Numbered from the stretch's first letter, positions 42,787-52,469 are shown. The stretch: DNA of 64,000 nt from Thermodesulfobacteriota bacterium (GCA_965205855.1 OZ242184.1:160001-224000), one strand, 5' to 3'. The notes: generated by a model from the sequence alone, not told the origin. A program made the numbers and translations.

Positions 42787-43074
42787 ATGAAAGACCATTT
42801 TGTTGTTGATGTTCATGTCGTTCCCGGCGCCGCGCGCGATGAGTTTGTCGGTCTGCACGGGGAAAAACTCAAGATACGGGTTGCCGCACGTCCCGTTAAG
42901 GGGCAGTCAAATGCCCGGCTTGTAAAACTTCTTTCGAAGAAATTGAAAATTCCGAAAAGCAGAATTGAGATACTGAAAGGAAGTGCGTCCCGCGGCAAAA
43001 GAATCAGGATAGAGGGAATAACGGAAGACGATTTCAAAAGGTCTTTTGCGGAGTTTTACAGAGAGGCGGATTAG
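42787..43074 (+). CDS. DUF167/YggU family protein
   Basis: VHVVPGA, LKIRVAARPVKGQSN and G..SRGK motifs. Confidence 0.92.
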   Translation: MKDHFVVDVHVVPGAARDEFVGLHGEKLKIRVAARPVKGQSNARLVKLLSKKLKIPKSRIEILKGSASRGKRIRIEGITEDDFKRSFAEFYREAD

Positions 43075-43847
43075 TGGCTCGAATAGAGATTTGCGGAAAC
43101 ATCGTGAACTACGAGACAGCGTGTTCTTCTCCGTTAGGGAGCCGATGCGTTGTTATGTTGCACGGAGCCGGGCAGAGTGCGGCTTGTTGGGAAAGCCAGC
43201 TTTCCTCTCTTGCGGATTATACGAGGTTTTCGTCTCTAGCCCTTGACCTTCCCGGGCACGGCGGTTCGGGCGGCGCGGCGATGGATTCAATTGAGGATTA
43301 CGCCCGCTTTGTCTCGGACTTCTGCCGCGCGGCGGGGGTTTTCAATCCTATCCTTATAGGCCACTCAATGGGAGGAAAGATTGTGCAGATACTTGCCACG
43401 GACGAAACTCTCAAACCGCACGCCTGTATACTTGCGGGAACGGGCGTGAAGACAAGGGTATCCAGGTGGTCTCTTAAAACGGTTGCGGACGACTACGAAA
43501 CTTTCTGCACAACGGCCGCGCAAAACGCCTTTTCCCCGGCGGCTCCAAAGCGGCTTCGGGATGTTTTTCTCCGTAGGATTCTCGCTTCCTCGAAAGAAAC
43601 CTGTCTTGCCGACCTGACAGCGTGCGACTTGTTTGACTTCTCGCGCTTTGTTGAAAACATTGATATCCCGTCCGTTGTTGTCGCGGGTGCTCACGATATT
43701 CTTTCGCCCGCCGGGCACACGGCTTTTCTTCATGGCCGCATAAAGGGCTCAAAACTTTTTGTAATCGGGGATGCCGGGCATTTTATGATGATGGAAAGTC
43801 CCGACGAGTTTAACAAGATAATGCTGGATTTTCTCAACCTTCTATAG
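43074..43847 (+). CDS. Alpha/beta hydrolase
   Basis: LHGAG, DLPGHG, GHSMGG and AGH motifs. Confidence 0.88.
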   Translation: MARIEICGNIVNYETACSSPLGSRCVVMLHGAGQSAACWESQLSSLADYTRFSSLALDLPGHGGSGGAAMDSIEDYARFVSDFCRAAGVFNPILIGHSMGGKIVQILATDETLKPHACILAGTGVKTRVSRWSLKTVADDYETFCTTAAQNAFSPAAPKRLRDVFLRRILASSKETCLADLTACDLFDFSRFVENIDIPSVVVAGAHDILSPAGHTAFLHGRIKGSKLFVIGDAGHFMMMESPDEFNKIMLDFLNLL

Positions 43848-43924
43848 CTCGGGTTTTTGTGTACTTTTGTTTGTTTGTTACAATAGCAGTCTCAATTTCA
43901 TATAAAAAACTGGAGGATTGAAAA

Positions 43925-44584
43925 ATGAAAATTTCTCTTTTGGGCGGCACGGGCGACATAGCGGAAGGACTTGTTCTACGGTGGTCGAAAGCCGGGCATG
44001 AAATCTTTGTCGGTTCAAGAAGTCAGGAAAAAGCCGACACCATAACGGCGGGTTATATTGAAAAACTGAAAGCACTCGGCGTTGAGCCGAATGTTCGGGG
44101 AATGGACAACGCTTCCGCGGCGGCAAGCTCCGAGGTGATAGTCATAAGCATTCCGCCCGAATACGCGGCGGACACTATCGGGGCAATAAAAGACAGCATA
44201 AAAGACCAGATTGTGATAACTCCCGTTGTGCCGATGGCGAAAGAGGGTAAAACATTTCTGTTTTCTCCGCCGTCCTGCGGCTCGTCCGCGCTTGAGATTC
44301 GCGAAAAACTTCCCAATACGGCGCGTCTTGTTTCCGCTTATCACAATCTTCCGGCAAAGGGTCTCAGCAATGTGGACAAAGACCTTAACGCCGATGTTGT
44401 TATCTGCGGCGATGATGATGAGGCAAAGCGGGTTGTCGCGAAACTGACCGAAGACCTGTCGGGTCTCAGGTGTCTTGACGCGGGGCCGCTTGAGGTTTCA
44501 CCGATGATAGAGGCGATTACTCCGCTGATAGTGAACCTCAACATCAGGCACAAGAAGCATTTTTCAGTAAAGTTTGTGGGCTGA
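43925..44584 (+). CDS. npdG: NADPH-dependent F420 reductase (F420H2:NADP+ oxidoreductase, Fno)
   Basis: MKISLLGGTGDIAEGLVLRW, VGSR, SAYHNLPA, ICGDD, LDAGPL and EAITPLIVNLN motifs. Confidence 0.9.
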   Translation: MKISLLGGTGDIAEGLVLRWSKAGHEIFVGSRSQEKADTITAGYIEKLKALGVEPNVRGMDNASAAASSEVIVISIPPEYAADTIGAIKDSIKDQIVITPVVPMAKEGKTFLFSPPSCGSSALEIREKLPNTARLVSAYHNLPAKGLSNVDKDLNADVVICGDDDEAKRVVAKLTEDLSGLRCLDAGPLEVSPMIEAITPLIVNLNIRHKKHFSVKFVG

Positions 44585-44586
44585 AA

Positions 44587-45003
44587 TCATCCCGTTGCCT
44601 GAACAATAACTTCGCGCGTTCTCGGGCGGTTGTCAAAATCCACAAGCACGATTTGCTGCCAGGTTCCCAGAAGCAATCGGGAGTTTGTAAACGGCACTGA
44701 CAATGAGGCTCCGACAATTGCCGCGCGCACATGGGAATGACCGTTGCCGTCTCCCCATCTGGCATTGTGCGCGTATTCGGCGTCCTGCGGAGCGAGGCGC
44801 TCAATCGCGGCTTTAAGGTCTGCCGTAGCTCCGCTTTCAAACTCTATTGTGGTGATTGCTGCCGTTGAGCCGGAAACAAACACGGTTGCCGTTCCATCCT
44901 CAAAGGAAAGGGAGGCGACTATCTCCGCCACCTCTTGCGTTATGTCTATGATGTCCGTATTGCCGTTTGTTGACAATGAAAACGACTGCCTTTCCGATGC
45001 CAT
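44587..45003 (-). CDS. yjbQ: YjbQ/UPF0047 family protein
   Basis: GSTAAITTIE, H....GDGNGHSHVRA and LGTWQQIV..DFD motifs. Confidence 0.93.
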   Translation of the reverse strand: MASERQSFSLSTNGNTDIIDITQEVAEIVASLSFEDGTATVFVSGSTAAITTIEFESGATADLKAAIERLAPQDAEYAHNARWGDGNGHSHVRAAIVGASLSVPFTNSRLLLGTWQQIVLVDFDNRPRTREVIVQATG

Positions 45004-45077
45004 TGGTTTTCCTCCTTTCGGGATTGGGTATATCTTAAAAGAAAGTTTTTCACATTTTACCGCACAGGAGAACAGTT

Positions 45078-46163
45078 ATGGCATCCAAAAAAGATATTAA
45101 AAACACCGAAGCCCTGCTTGCAGAGCTCACCGAGGCGGACGGCGTCGCGGGTTACGAGTGCGAAATTTCCGCCGTTATCAAGAACCGTTTTAACAAACTT
45201 GGAGCGGTTTCAAAGGACAGAATGGGAAGTTTGATTTGCGAACTGCCCGGAAAATCTGCGTCCCCGAAAATCATGCTCGCCGGACACATGGACGAAATCG
45301 GCTTTATGATACGCTCCGTAACGCCGGACGGGTTTTTGAAATTCACCCCGCTCGGCGGCTGGTGGGATCAGGTGCTTCTTGCGCAGCGCGTAAGAATTAA
45401 AACCTCAAAGGGCGAGGTTTTGGGCGTAATCGGTGCAAAGCCGCCGCATTTAATCCCGTCCGAAGAGCGTTCCAAAATGGTTCAGAAAAAGAGCATGTAT
45501 ATAGACATCGGCGCATCATCGGCAAAAGAGGTTGAAAAAGCGGGTGTGAGAGCGGGAGACCCAGCCGTTCCGGTCAGCGGTTTTACAAAACTTGCAACGG
45601 ACGGCGCGTATATGGCGAAGGCGTTTGACGACAGGATAGGGTGTGCGGTGGTGATTTCCGCGCTTGCTGTGTTGAAAAAACCCCACCCCAACACGGTTTA
45701 CGGGGTTGCCACGGTTCAGGAAGAGGTTGGCGTTCGGGGGGCGACAACAAGCGTTGAGGCGGTTGACCCCGATGCGGCAATCATTCTGGAATCCGACATT
45801 TCGGGCGATGTTCCGGGCATATCCAATGAGGAGTCTTCCACAAAACTGGGCGGAGGGCCTTCGCTTCTGCTTTACGACGCGAGGATGATACCGAACCTCA
45901 AACTGCGCGATCTCGTGATAGAAACCGCGAAAAAGGCGAAAATTCCGCTTCAGTTTGCCACAATGGAAGGTGGCGCAACGGACGGCGGAGCGATACACCT
46001 GCACAAACAGGGGGTTCCGACCGTGGTTCTTGGCGTTCCGACACGGCACATACACAGCCATAATTCAATTATTCAGCGAAGAGATTTTGAGAATGCGGTG
46101 AAGTTGCTTGTTGAGGTTGTTAAAAAATTGGACGGAAAGACAGTTAAGGGGCTTGCGGGGTGA
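45078..46163 (+). CDS. M42 family aminopeptidase
   Basis: AGHMDEIG, KAFDDRIG, VQEEVG and RHIHSH motifs. Confidence 0.95.
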   Translation: MASKKDIKNTEALLAELTEADGVAGYECEISAVIKNRFNKLGAVSKDRMGSLICELPGKSASPKIMLAGHMDEIGFMIRSVTPDGFLKFTPLGGWWDQVLLAQRVRIKTSKGEVLGVIGAKPPHLIPSEERSKMVQKKSMYIDIGASSAKEVEKAGVRAGDPAVPVSGFTKLATDGAYMAKAFDDRIGCAVVISALAVLKKPHPNTVYGVATVQEEVGVRGATTSVEAVDPDAAIILESDISGDVPGISNEESSTKLGGGPSLLLYDARMIPNLKLRDLVIETAKKAKIPLQFATMEGGATDGGAIHLHKQGVPTVVLGVPTRHIHSHNSIIQRRDFENAVKLLVEVVKKLDGKTVKGLAG

Positions 46164-46236
46164 GTGGTTGGCGATATCTGTAAGCGGGAGTGTATAATAC
46201 CAACCGAAGGATTGATGTTAGTTTTTACTAGTCGAA

Positions 46237-47094
46237 ATGAAATTGACAGAAGACAAAATACTGTTTGGGGATTGCGAAAAAAAACTCAACGAAGTTAGAA
46301 ACGACTCCGTTGATTTAATAATTACTTCGCCACCTTACGCCGACCAGAGGAAAAATAGTTACGGCGGAGTTCCTCCGAGCAAATATGTGGAATGGTTTCT
46401 ACCAATCTCCAAAGAACTTTTCAGAGTCCTGAAGCCTACGGGAACTTTTATTCTCAATATAAAGGAAAGAGTTGTAAGCGGAGAGCGTCATACTTATGTT
46501 CTCGAGCTTATAATGGCAATGCGCGAGCAGGGATGGTTGTGGACGGAAGAGTTTATGTGGCACAAGAAAAATTGCTATCCGGGCAAATGGCCTAACAGGT
46601 TCAGGGATTCTTGGGAAAGACTTCTACAATTTAATAAAGACAAAAAATTTCGTATGTATCAGGAATCTGTAATGGTTCCCACGGGTGAATGGGCACAAAG
46701 GAGGCTTGGTAAATTAAGCAAAACTGACAAAAGAAGAGACGAGTCAAAAGTCGGAAGTGGTTTTGGAAAAAACATTTCCAATTGGTTGGGTAGGAACAAA
46801 GCATATCCGACAAATGTTTTGCATATGGCAACGGAGTGCGGAAACAAAAGACACAGCGCAACTTTTCCAAAAACTCTACCTGAATGGTTTATCAACCTGT
46901 TTACAAAAGAAGGCGATACTGTCCTTGATCCTTTTGCCGGCTCGGGAACAACACTTGAAGTAGCGCGTAAACTCAGAAGAAATGCCATGGGTATTGAAAT
47001 CAATAAAGATTTTTATGAAATGATAAAAAAAGATTCCAAGACATATTTCAAACACCGACGACTTCTTGAGAAAAAAGGAAGGAAATATGCCTAA
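46237..47094 (+). CDS. Site-specific DNA amino-methyltransferase (beta class, SPPY; likely N4-cytosine)
   Basis: N-terminal ITSPPY catalytic motif, HSATFP, and a C-terminal LDPFAGSGTT SAM-binding motif. Low GC. Confidence 0.93.
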   Translation: MKLTEDKILFGDCEKKLNEVRNDSVDLIITSPPYADQRKNSYGGVPPSKYVEWFLPISKELFRVLKPTGTFILNIKERVVSGERHTYVLELIMAMREQGWLWTEEFMWHKKNCYPGKWPNRFRDSWERLLQFNKDKKFRMYQESVMVPTGEWAQRRLGKLSKTDKRRDESKVGSGFGKNISNWLGRNKAYPTNVLHMATECGNKRHSATFPKTLPEWFINLFTKEGDTVLDPFAGSGTTLEVARKLRRNAMGIEINKDFYEMIKKDSKTYFKHRRLLEKKGRKYA

Positions 47095-47848
47095 TAAGAT
47101 TACATACGAAGATTTACAAGATTATGTAAAGAATAATGTAGGAGTCTTTCATCAAACCAGACTTGAAAGCCTTGAAAAGTTAAAGCTTGATACTGTTTTA
47201 GTCAGGAAAAATCCCTATTTATTCAAGGCAAAAAATTTAACCGCTCCTGAACTTGTTAAGGGCATTGTCGATGCGCATTTGTCATCTCAAGAAGAAGGAA
47301 TATTCGGAAATTTTCTTGAAGAGCTTGCTATATTTGTAAACAGCAAGATATACAAGGGTTGGAAATCGGCCGCCGAAGGTATAGACCTTGAATTTACAAA
47401 GGATGATGTGAGATACATAGTTTCTATAAAATCCGGCCCTAATTGGGGAAATAGTTCTCAAATCAAAAAAATGAAAGACAATTTTATTCAAGCACAAAAA
47501 ATCTTACGACAAACAAATAAAAGAATGCATATACAGGCTATCAATGGTTGTTGTTATGGGAGAGATAACACTCCAGACAAAGGAGAATACTACAAATATT
47601 GCGGACAGAAATTTTGGACTTTCATTTCCAACAATGGGGATTTATACAAAAAAATTATTAGACCTTTAGGATACAGAGCAAAACAGAAAAACGATACATT
47701 TATGAAAAAATACTGTAAAGTTGTCAATCAATTTACTTTTTCTTTTATGGAGCGTTTTTGCGAAAATGGAGAAATTCAATGGGATGGTTTAGTCCAGTTT
47801 AACTCCGCCGAGCAAAAACCACTTAAGATAAAACAGAAGAAATCTTGA
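47087..47848 (+). CDS. Type II restriction endonuclease (PmeII-like family)
   Basis: RKNPYLF, FGNFLEELA, GIDLEF..YIVSIKSGPNWGNS (PD-(D/E)xK-like) and GQKFW motifs. Overlaps the MTase stop. Very AT-rich. Confidence 0.85.
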   Translation: MPNKITYEDLQDYVKNNVGVFHQTRLESLEKLKLDTVLVRKNPYLFKAKNLTAPELVKGIVDAHLSSQEEGIFGNFLEELAIFVNSKIYKGWKSAAEGIDLEFTKDDVRYIVSIKSGPNWGNSSQIKKMKDNFIQAQKILRQTNKRMHIQAINGCCYGRDNTPDKGEYYKYCGQKFWTFISNNGDLYKKIIRPLGYRAKQKNDTFMKKYCKVVNQFTFSFMERFCENGEIQWDGLVQFNSAEQKPLKIKQKKS

Positions 47849-47921
47849 CTTCCATTTTGGGCCCACTATGGTCCCGCTACCGCGACCATAGCGGTAGCCA
47901 AACTATGGAGGTTAAGCACGG

Positions 47922-48128
47922 ATGAAAACTTACAGAGTTGCTTTGGCAAGGACTTATGCGGTTACTGTTAAAGCCAGAAATGAAAAAGAAGCAATGGAAT
48001 GCGCAGAATTTTTTCTTGGAGACTCTTCCGATTCTTCCACACCAGAGGATAGGAAAGAACACAACTTTTCAATAGAGGAAATTGAAATGGTTTACAATGA
48101 TGCGGTGGATGCAGAAGAATTTGAATAA
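47922..48128 (+). CDS. Small acidic hypothetical protein, DpnD/PcfM-like
   Basis: GGAGG RBS. MKTYRV...Y.VTVKARNEKEA.E.AE resembles the DpnD/PcfM beta-beta-alpha pattern. Confidence 0.55.
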   Translation: MKTYRVALARTYAVTVKARNEKEAMECAEFFLGDSSDSSTPEDRKEHNFSIEEIEMVYNDAVDAEEFE

Positions 48129-48140
48129 ATAATTTGTTCT

Positions 48141-48365
48141 TTAATAAACTACTTCAACCATGCCCAAAAATCTTCCTTTCATATTTACCGCCACACACTC
48201 TCCGGCTTCGGCACGCGATTTTAATTCCTCATCATTCTCGCAAAAATAAACCTTTCTCTTGCATTCCCCGCAAAACCGTATTTTCCCGTCTTCCGTTTCA
48301 GTCAGGTTTTCCCATAAAAGCGGGCATTTGAATTTAAATTCACAGTTATCAATCAATTTACTCAT
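48141..48365 (-). CDS. Small Cys-rich hypothetical protein (CPxxW...RFCxxC...VY)
   Basis: ATGA overlap with the upstream gene, GGAGG RBS, six Cys. Confidence 0.75.
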   Translation of the reverse strand: MSKLIDNCEFKFKCPLLWENLTETEDGKIRFCGECKRKVYFCENDEELKSRAEAGECVAVNMKGRFLGMVEVVY

Positions 48366-49678
48366 TTCTTTTTCCCTCCAAACGGATTTTTAACTTTAGG
48401 ATGCCAGAGTTTGAAATGCTCTTTATGCAAATCCGTATAAGCTCCCGGCGGATAGAATTTGTCGTAAAAATCCAAATCAAGATGGTGCGCCTGAACCATA
48501 AACCGCAGAAACATCGGGTCTGAAAATGCCGGAAATCTTCCGTAAGTGTCGTAAACATAGCTGCAAATGTCTTTTACAACCTGAATCTCCTTTTTCCCCG
48601 GACGCAGAGTTTTTTCATAAACCCCCTGAGGGTTTTTGTAAGGCATGTTCTCCTTTTCCCAGTTGCTCCACTTCATATCGTTGAACGCTTCAACCGCTTC
48701 GCCCATATCTTTGTAGTAAGGCGGACAGAAAGCGTGAAAAAGCCCGTCCTTGCCAACCGCGACCGGATTGGGATTTGCCGTATCCGCTTCGGGATCGGGT
48801 TTTGTAAAACGGAAACCCAGCCCTTCAAAATCGTCAGACATTCCAAGTATATACGAGCTTGCAAACCCGCTGAAAAGCCAGCCGCCAAGTCCCAGAGTTT
48901 GCAACGTCAGAGCCATGTTCTGCCCGAGAAACGCCTGCTCCGCTATGAATCCGTTTGCAAAACGCAATTCGGCCTCTATGAGCGGCATTGTTTTGTTTTT
49001 GTCTATAAAACCGTTTTTTACCCACTTTTCTGTTCCGGGCGGTTTCATACCGCGTAACTCATCGGCAAAATTGAACCTGTGCCCTTCGCGCATATAGAAA
49101 AAATAGAGGTTGATTATGCAGGCAGTCAGGTCTGTTACGGGCATGAACACGGTTGTTCCCGGTTTGTTCACATTCCAAAGGTTGTGGGACGCAAGCCCCG
49201 GCGGTTTGTCGGGAATATCCGCTCTGCCTTCGCCGATTTTAATTTTTGACTCTTTGAACATCCGGACAATGGCGTCAACCCGTTTTTCAAACGACATTGT
49301 TTCAAGTCCCTTGAAATCGTCGGGTTTTTTGTCCTGCATTTTTATCATGTATGAGCCTTCGTCGTTTGTGTAAAACAACTCGGTTCTATGCACATCCCCG
49401 AGCGCGGGGATGGTTTTGCTTGTGAACTGGACTTCAAGGTCGAGACCCAGATGAGGCGGAAAATCTGACAGATTGATGTTTTTTATTCCAAGCCCCGTCC
49501 AGACGATAATAGCTTCCTCAAGCTCGGAAAGAGGCTCCGGCCTGTGCTTGGATTTGTATTTAAGCGGGCCCTCGGTGATTTCCATTCCGAGCCCGAAACG
49601 CCTTGAGCGCCTCTGAAAAACCGTGTCGTAAAAACTGTGCTTTGACGCCTTTTTCAAACCCTCGGGATATTTGCCCAT
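48362..49678 (-). CDS. Uncharacterised nitroreductase-fold (FMN-binding-like) protein
   Basis: N-terminal RRSRRF and later E..F.GQNMAL....LGLGGW are nitroreductase-superfamily-like motifs. Confidence 0.65.
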   Translation of the reverse strand: MGKYPEGLKKASKHSFYDTVFQRRSRRFGLGMEITEGPLKYKSKHRPEPLSELEEAIIVWTGLGIKNINLSDFPPHLGLDLEVQFTSKTIPALGDVHRTELFYTNDEGSYMIKMQDKKPDDFKGLETMSFEKRVDAIVRMFKESKIKIGEGRADIPDKPPGLASHNLWNVNKPGTTVFMPVTDLTACIINLYFFYMREGHRFNFADELRGMKPPGTEKWVKNGFIDKNKTMPLIEAELRFANGFIAEQAFLGQNMALTLQTLGLGGWLFSGFASSYILGMSDDFEGLGFRFTKPDPEADTANPNPVAVGKDGLFHAFCPPYYKDMGEAVEAFNDMKWSNWEKENMPYKNPQGVYEKTLRPGKKEIQVVKDICSYVYDTYGRFPAFSDPMFLRFMVQAHHLDLDFYDKFYPPGAYTDLHKEHFKLWHPKVKNPFGGKKK

Positions 49679-49749
49679 AGTATCGAAAGTCTATTTGGAA
49701 AAATCCGGTAATCAAAAAAAACTGTCTCCGCCGTGATAAAATTTTTACC

Positions 49750-51258
49750 GTGTCGCAAATACTGATTTTAAAAAAGACCGAAAGTTACGGCGCGCGAACG
49801 GCAATTACCGATTTTGCGGGCGACTGCTCTTATGCGGAACTGCTTGATATGCGCCTGCGGGCGGCGCGATCTCTGCTTGACTTTTTGCCGGACGGGGATG
49901 ACCTCAACGAGCGGCGCGTGGCGTTTATGGTTGGGAAAACAAGGCGGTATGCCGCGCTTAAACTCGCGATATGGTCTGCCGGCGGGGTTTCCGTTCCCTT
50001 GTGCGTCAGCCATCCCGCGAAGGAAATAGAGTATGTGATTGACGATGTTTCGCCGTTTGCCGTTGTTTGCGATCCGTGTTTTTCCCCGACGCTTCGGGAT
50101 ATGTGCGCAAAAAGGCGCGTCAAACTCCTCACTACGGACGAGGTGTTTTCATCGCAACCAGCGCACCGGCTTCCCGATGTCGCACCGTCCCGCCGGGCGA
50201 TGGTGATATACACAAGCGGAACCACAAGCAGACCCAAGGGGGTTGTTACCACTCACGCGAATATTGAGGCGCAGATGAAAGCGATGATTGAGGCGTGGGA
50301 GTGGAGCGGGTCGGATACTGTTTTGAATATCCTGCCCATGCACCATTTGCACGGGATATTGAACCTGATGTTGTGCCCTCTCAGGGTCGGGGCGGGGTGC
50401 GAAATGGCGAGTTTCTCTCCGCAAGGGGTTTGGAACAGACTTGTGAAAGGGGGATTGACCCTTTTTATGGCAGTTCCGACCGTCTATGCGAAACTCGCGG
50501 ATTTCTGGCAGAATGCTCCGGAGGAGAAGAAAAAGGAGATGAGCCTTGCGTGCCGCCCGATACGGCTTTTTGTCTCCGGCTCTGCCGCGCTTACAGTCAA
50601 CCTTTCCGAAAAATGGCTACGCATAAGCGGTCATACCCTTCTTGAGCGTTACGGGATGACCGAGACGGGGATGATATTGTCAAACCCGCTCTGGGGGAAA
50701 AGAAAGCCGGGCTTTGTCGGCAAACCGATGCCCGGGGTTGAAGCTGCGGTTTTTTCCAGCTCAAAAGCCCCAGCAACCGGCTGTGAGGAAGGCGAAATAA
50801 TGGTGAGAGGTGAGGGTGTTTTTCTTGAGTATTGGCGCAATTCCGGAGCGACTCGCGCGGCTTTTTCCGACGGCTGGTTCAAAACCGGCGATATTGCGGC
50901 ACGAGATTCGGAAGGCGATTTCCGCATAGTCGGCAGAGAGTCTGTGGATATCATCAAGTCCGGCGGCTACAAAGTGTCTGCTCTTGAGGTGGAGAGGCAA
51001 ATCCTTGAAAAAGAAGGCGTATCGCAGTGCGCTGTTGTTGGGGTCAGGGATGAGGTTTGGGGTCAGAGAGTCGCCGCCATGATCGTGCCGGAGGACGGAA
51101 AATCTCTTGACCCGGACGAGTTGACAGACTGGCTTAAACCGCGAATTGCGCACTACAAGATACCGTCCATTGTTAAAGTTACGGATGAAATCCCCGAAAA
51201 CGCGCTGGGTAAAACCCCCAAAACCCTGACTGCGCGCGTCCTCGAGGCGGGCAAATGA
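49750..51258 (+). CDS. Acyl-CoA synthetase (malonyl-CoA synthetase MatB/ACSF3-like)
   Basis: YTSGTTSRPKG, LPMHHLHG, ERYGMTE, FKTGD and DIIKSGGYKVSALEVE motifs. Confidence 0.9.
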   Translation: MSQILILKKTESYGARTAITDFAGDCSYAELLDMRLRAARSLLDFLPDGDDLNERRVAFMVGKTRRYAALKLAIWSAGGVSVPLCVSHPAKEIEYVIDDVSPFAVVCDPCFSPTLRDMCAKRRVKLLTTDEVFSSQPAHRLPDVAPSRRAMVIYTSGTTSRPKGVVTTHANIEAQMKAMIEAWEWSGSDTVLNILPMHHLHGILNLMLCPLRVGAGCEMASFSPQGVWNRLVKGGLTLFMAVPTVYAKLADFWQNAPEEKKKEMSLACRPIRLFVSGSAALTVNLSEKWLRISGHTLLERYGMTETGMILSNPLWGKRKPGFVGKPMPGVEAAVFSSSKAPATGCEEGEIMVRGEGVFLEYWRNSGATRAAFSDGWFKTGDIAARDSEGDFRIVGRESVDIIKSGGYKVSALEVERQILEKEGVSQCAVVGVRDEVWGQRVAAMIVPEDGKSLDPDELTDWLKPRIAHYKIPSIVKVTDEIPENALGKTPKTLTARVLEAGK

Positions 51259-51959
51259 GCGACAGACTGAATCCGGCCGAGCATTTTGACCGAAAACGCG
51301 CCGAGGTTTACGACACCAGGGTTCAACATCTGATTCCCGGCTACTCTGTTATTCAAAGTCTGTCCAAGTCGCTTCTTGAGAGCTGTCTTCCCACAAGCGC
51401 GGAAGTTCTTGTCGCCGGAGCGGGCACCGGCAATGAGGCGGTCTCGCTTGCTTCAAACAATCCCGGATGGAAAATAACGGGCTTTGATCCGTCTCCGGAG
51501 ATGATAAAGGTTGCGAAATCAAAGGTTGAAAAACGGGAACTTGCCGGGCGGATTTTTCTGTTTGAGGGTTTTGCGCATCGCATTGAGGAAAAAACACTTT
51601 TTGACGCGGCAACCTCGATACTTGTCATGCACTTTCTGCCCGACGACGGCTCAAAGGATGATTTTGCCTGTGAGATTTCAAAAAGGCTCAAGCCGGAAGC
51701 AAAATTTGTTCTTGTTGATCTGGAGGGCGACCCGGCTTCGGCGGATTTCAAGATGCTGTTTTCCGCATGGAGGCGGCACCTGCTTTCCGCCGTGGAGGAT
51801 GAGGAACAGGTCGATGAGACCATGGGCAACATAATGAAAAATGTGAAGTTCACTCCCGAAAACAGAATCAGGGAGATACTTCAAAACGCCGGGTTTAAAA
51901 AAGTCGTGAAATTCTGTCAGAGTTGTCTTGCGGGCGGTTATAGCGCCGTCAAAATCTGA
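51255..51959 (+). CDS. Class I SAM-dependent methyltransferase (CmoA-like)
   Basis: YD......IPGY, VLVAGAGTG.E, GFDPS.EM and FDAAT.ILV.HF motifs. Confidence 0.88.
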   Translation: MSDRLNPAEHFDRKRAEVYDTRVQHLIPGYSVIQSLSKSLLESCLPTSAEVLVAGAGTGNEAVSLASNNPGWKITGFDPSPEMIKVAKSKVEKRELAGRIFLFEGFAHRIEEKTLFDAATSILVMHFLPDDGSKDDFACEISKRLKPEAKFVLVDLEGDPASADFKMLFSAWRRHLLSAVEDEEQVDETMGNIMKNVKFTPENRIREILQNAGFKKVVKFCQSCLAGGYSAVKI

Positions 51960-51979
51960 AAATTGAGGTATTGTTCTGC

Positions 51980-52456
51980 ATGAATGAATCGTCTCCCGAA
52001 CAAAGACTGAAAAATATGGGAATCCGTCTGCCGGAAGCTCCGGTGCCTGCGGGTTCCTATGTCCCGTGCGCACGCGGAGACAATCTTGTTTTTGTTTCCG
52101 GTCAGCTTCCGATGAAGGATGGAAAACTGCTTTTTCGTGGAAAGGCAGGCGATGAGCTCACGGTTGAAGAGGCGGGCGATTGTGCGCGCCTTGCCGCCGT
52201 GAACTCTCTTGCGGTTTTGCGTGCCGAACTCAAGGAAGGTCTCTCCGGGGTCGCGGCAATAGTGAAGGTTACCGGATATGTTGCCTCTGCGGACGGGTTT
52301 ACCCGTCAGGCGGATGTTGTGAACGGCGCTTCCGACCTTTACGCCGCCGTTTTCGGCGAAAAGGGCAGACACGCGAGAGCGGCGGTGGGAGTCGCGCAAC
52401 TTCCGCTTGGGGCTCCGGTTGAAATTGAAGTCATTGCCGAGGTGAAAGCCGGATGA
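51980..52456 (+). CDS. RidA/YjgF family protein
   Basis: YVP..R...LVFVSGQLP, VVNGASDL and GRHARAAVGV..LPLGAPVEIE motifs. Confidence 0.93.
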   Translation: MNESSPEQRLKNMGIRLPEAPVPAGSYVPCARGDNLVFVSGQLPMKDGKLLFRGKAGDELTVEEAGDCARLAAVNSLAVLRAELKEGLSGVAAIVKVTGYVASADGFTRQADVVNGASDLYAAVFGEKGRHARAAVGVAQLPLGAPVEIEVIAEVKAG

Positions 52457-52469
52457 AAAACCCGACCGG

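Noticed and set aside
47797-47917. Possible integron attC site (GTTTAAC ... GTTAAGC) around the R-M 3' end
   Set aside because: The left core lies inside the endonuclease CDS, there are no convincing L-boxes, and no integrase or second attC is present.
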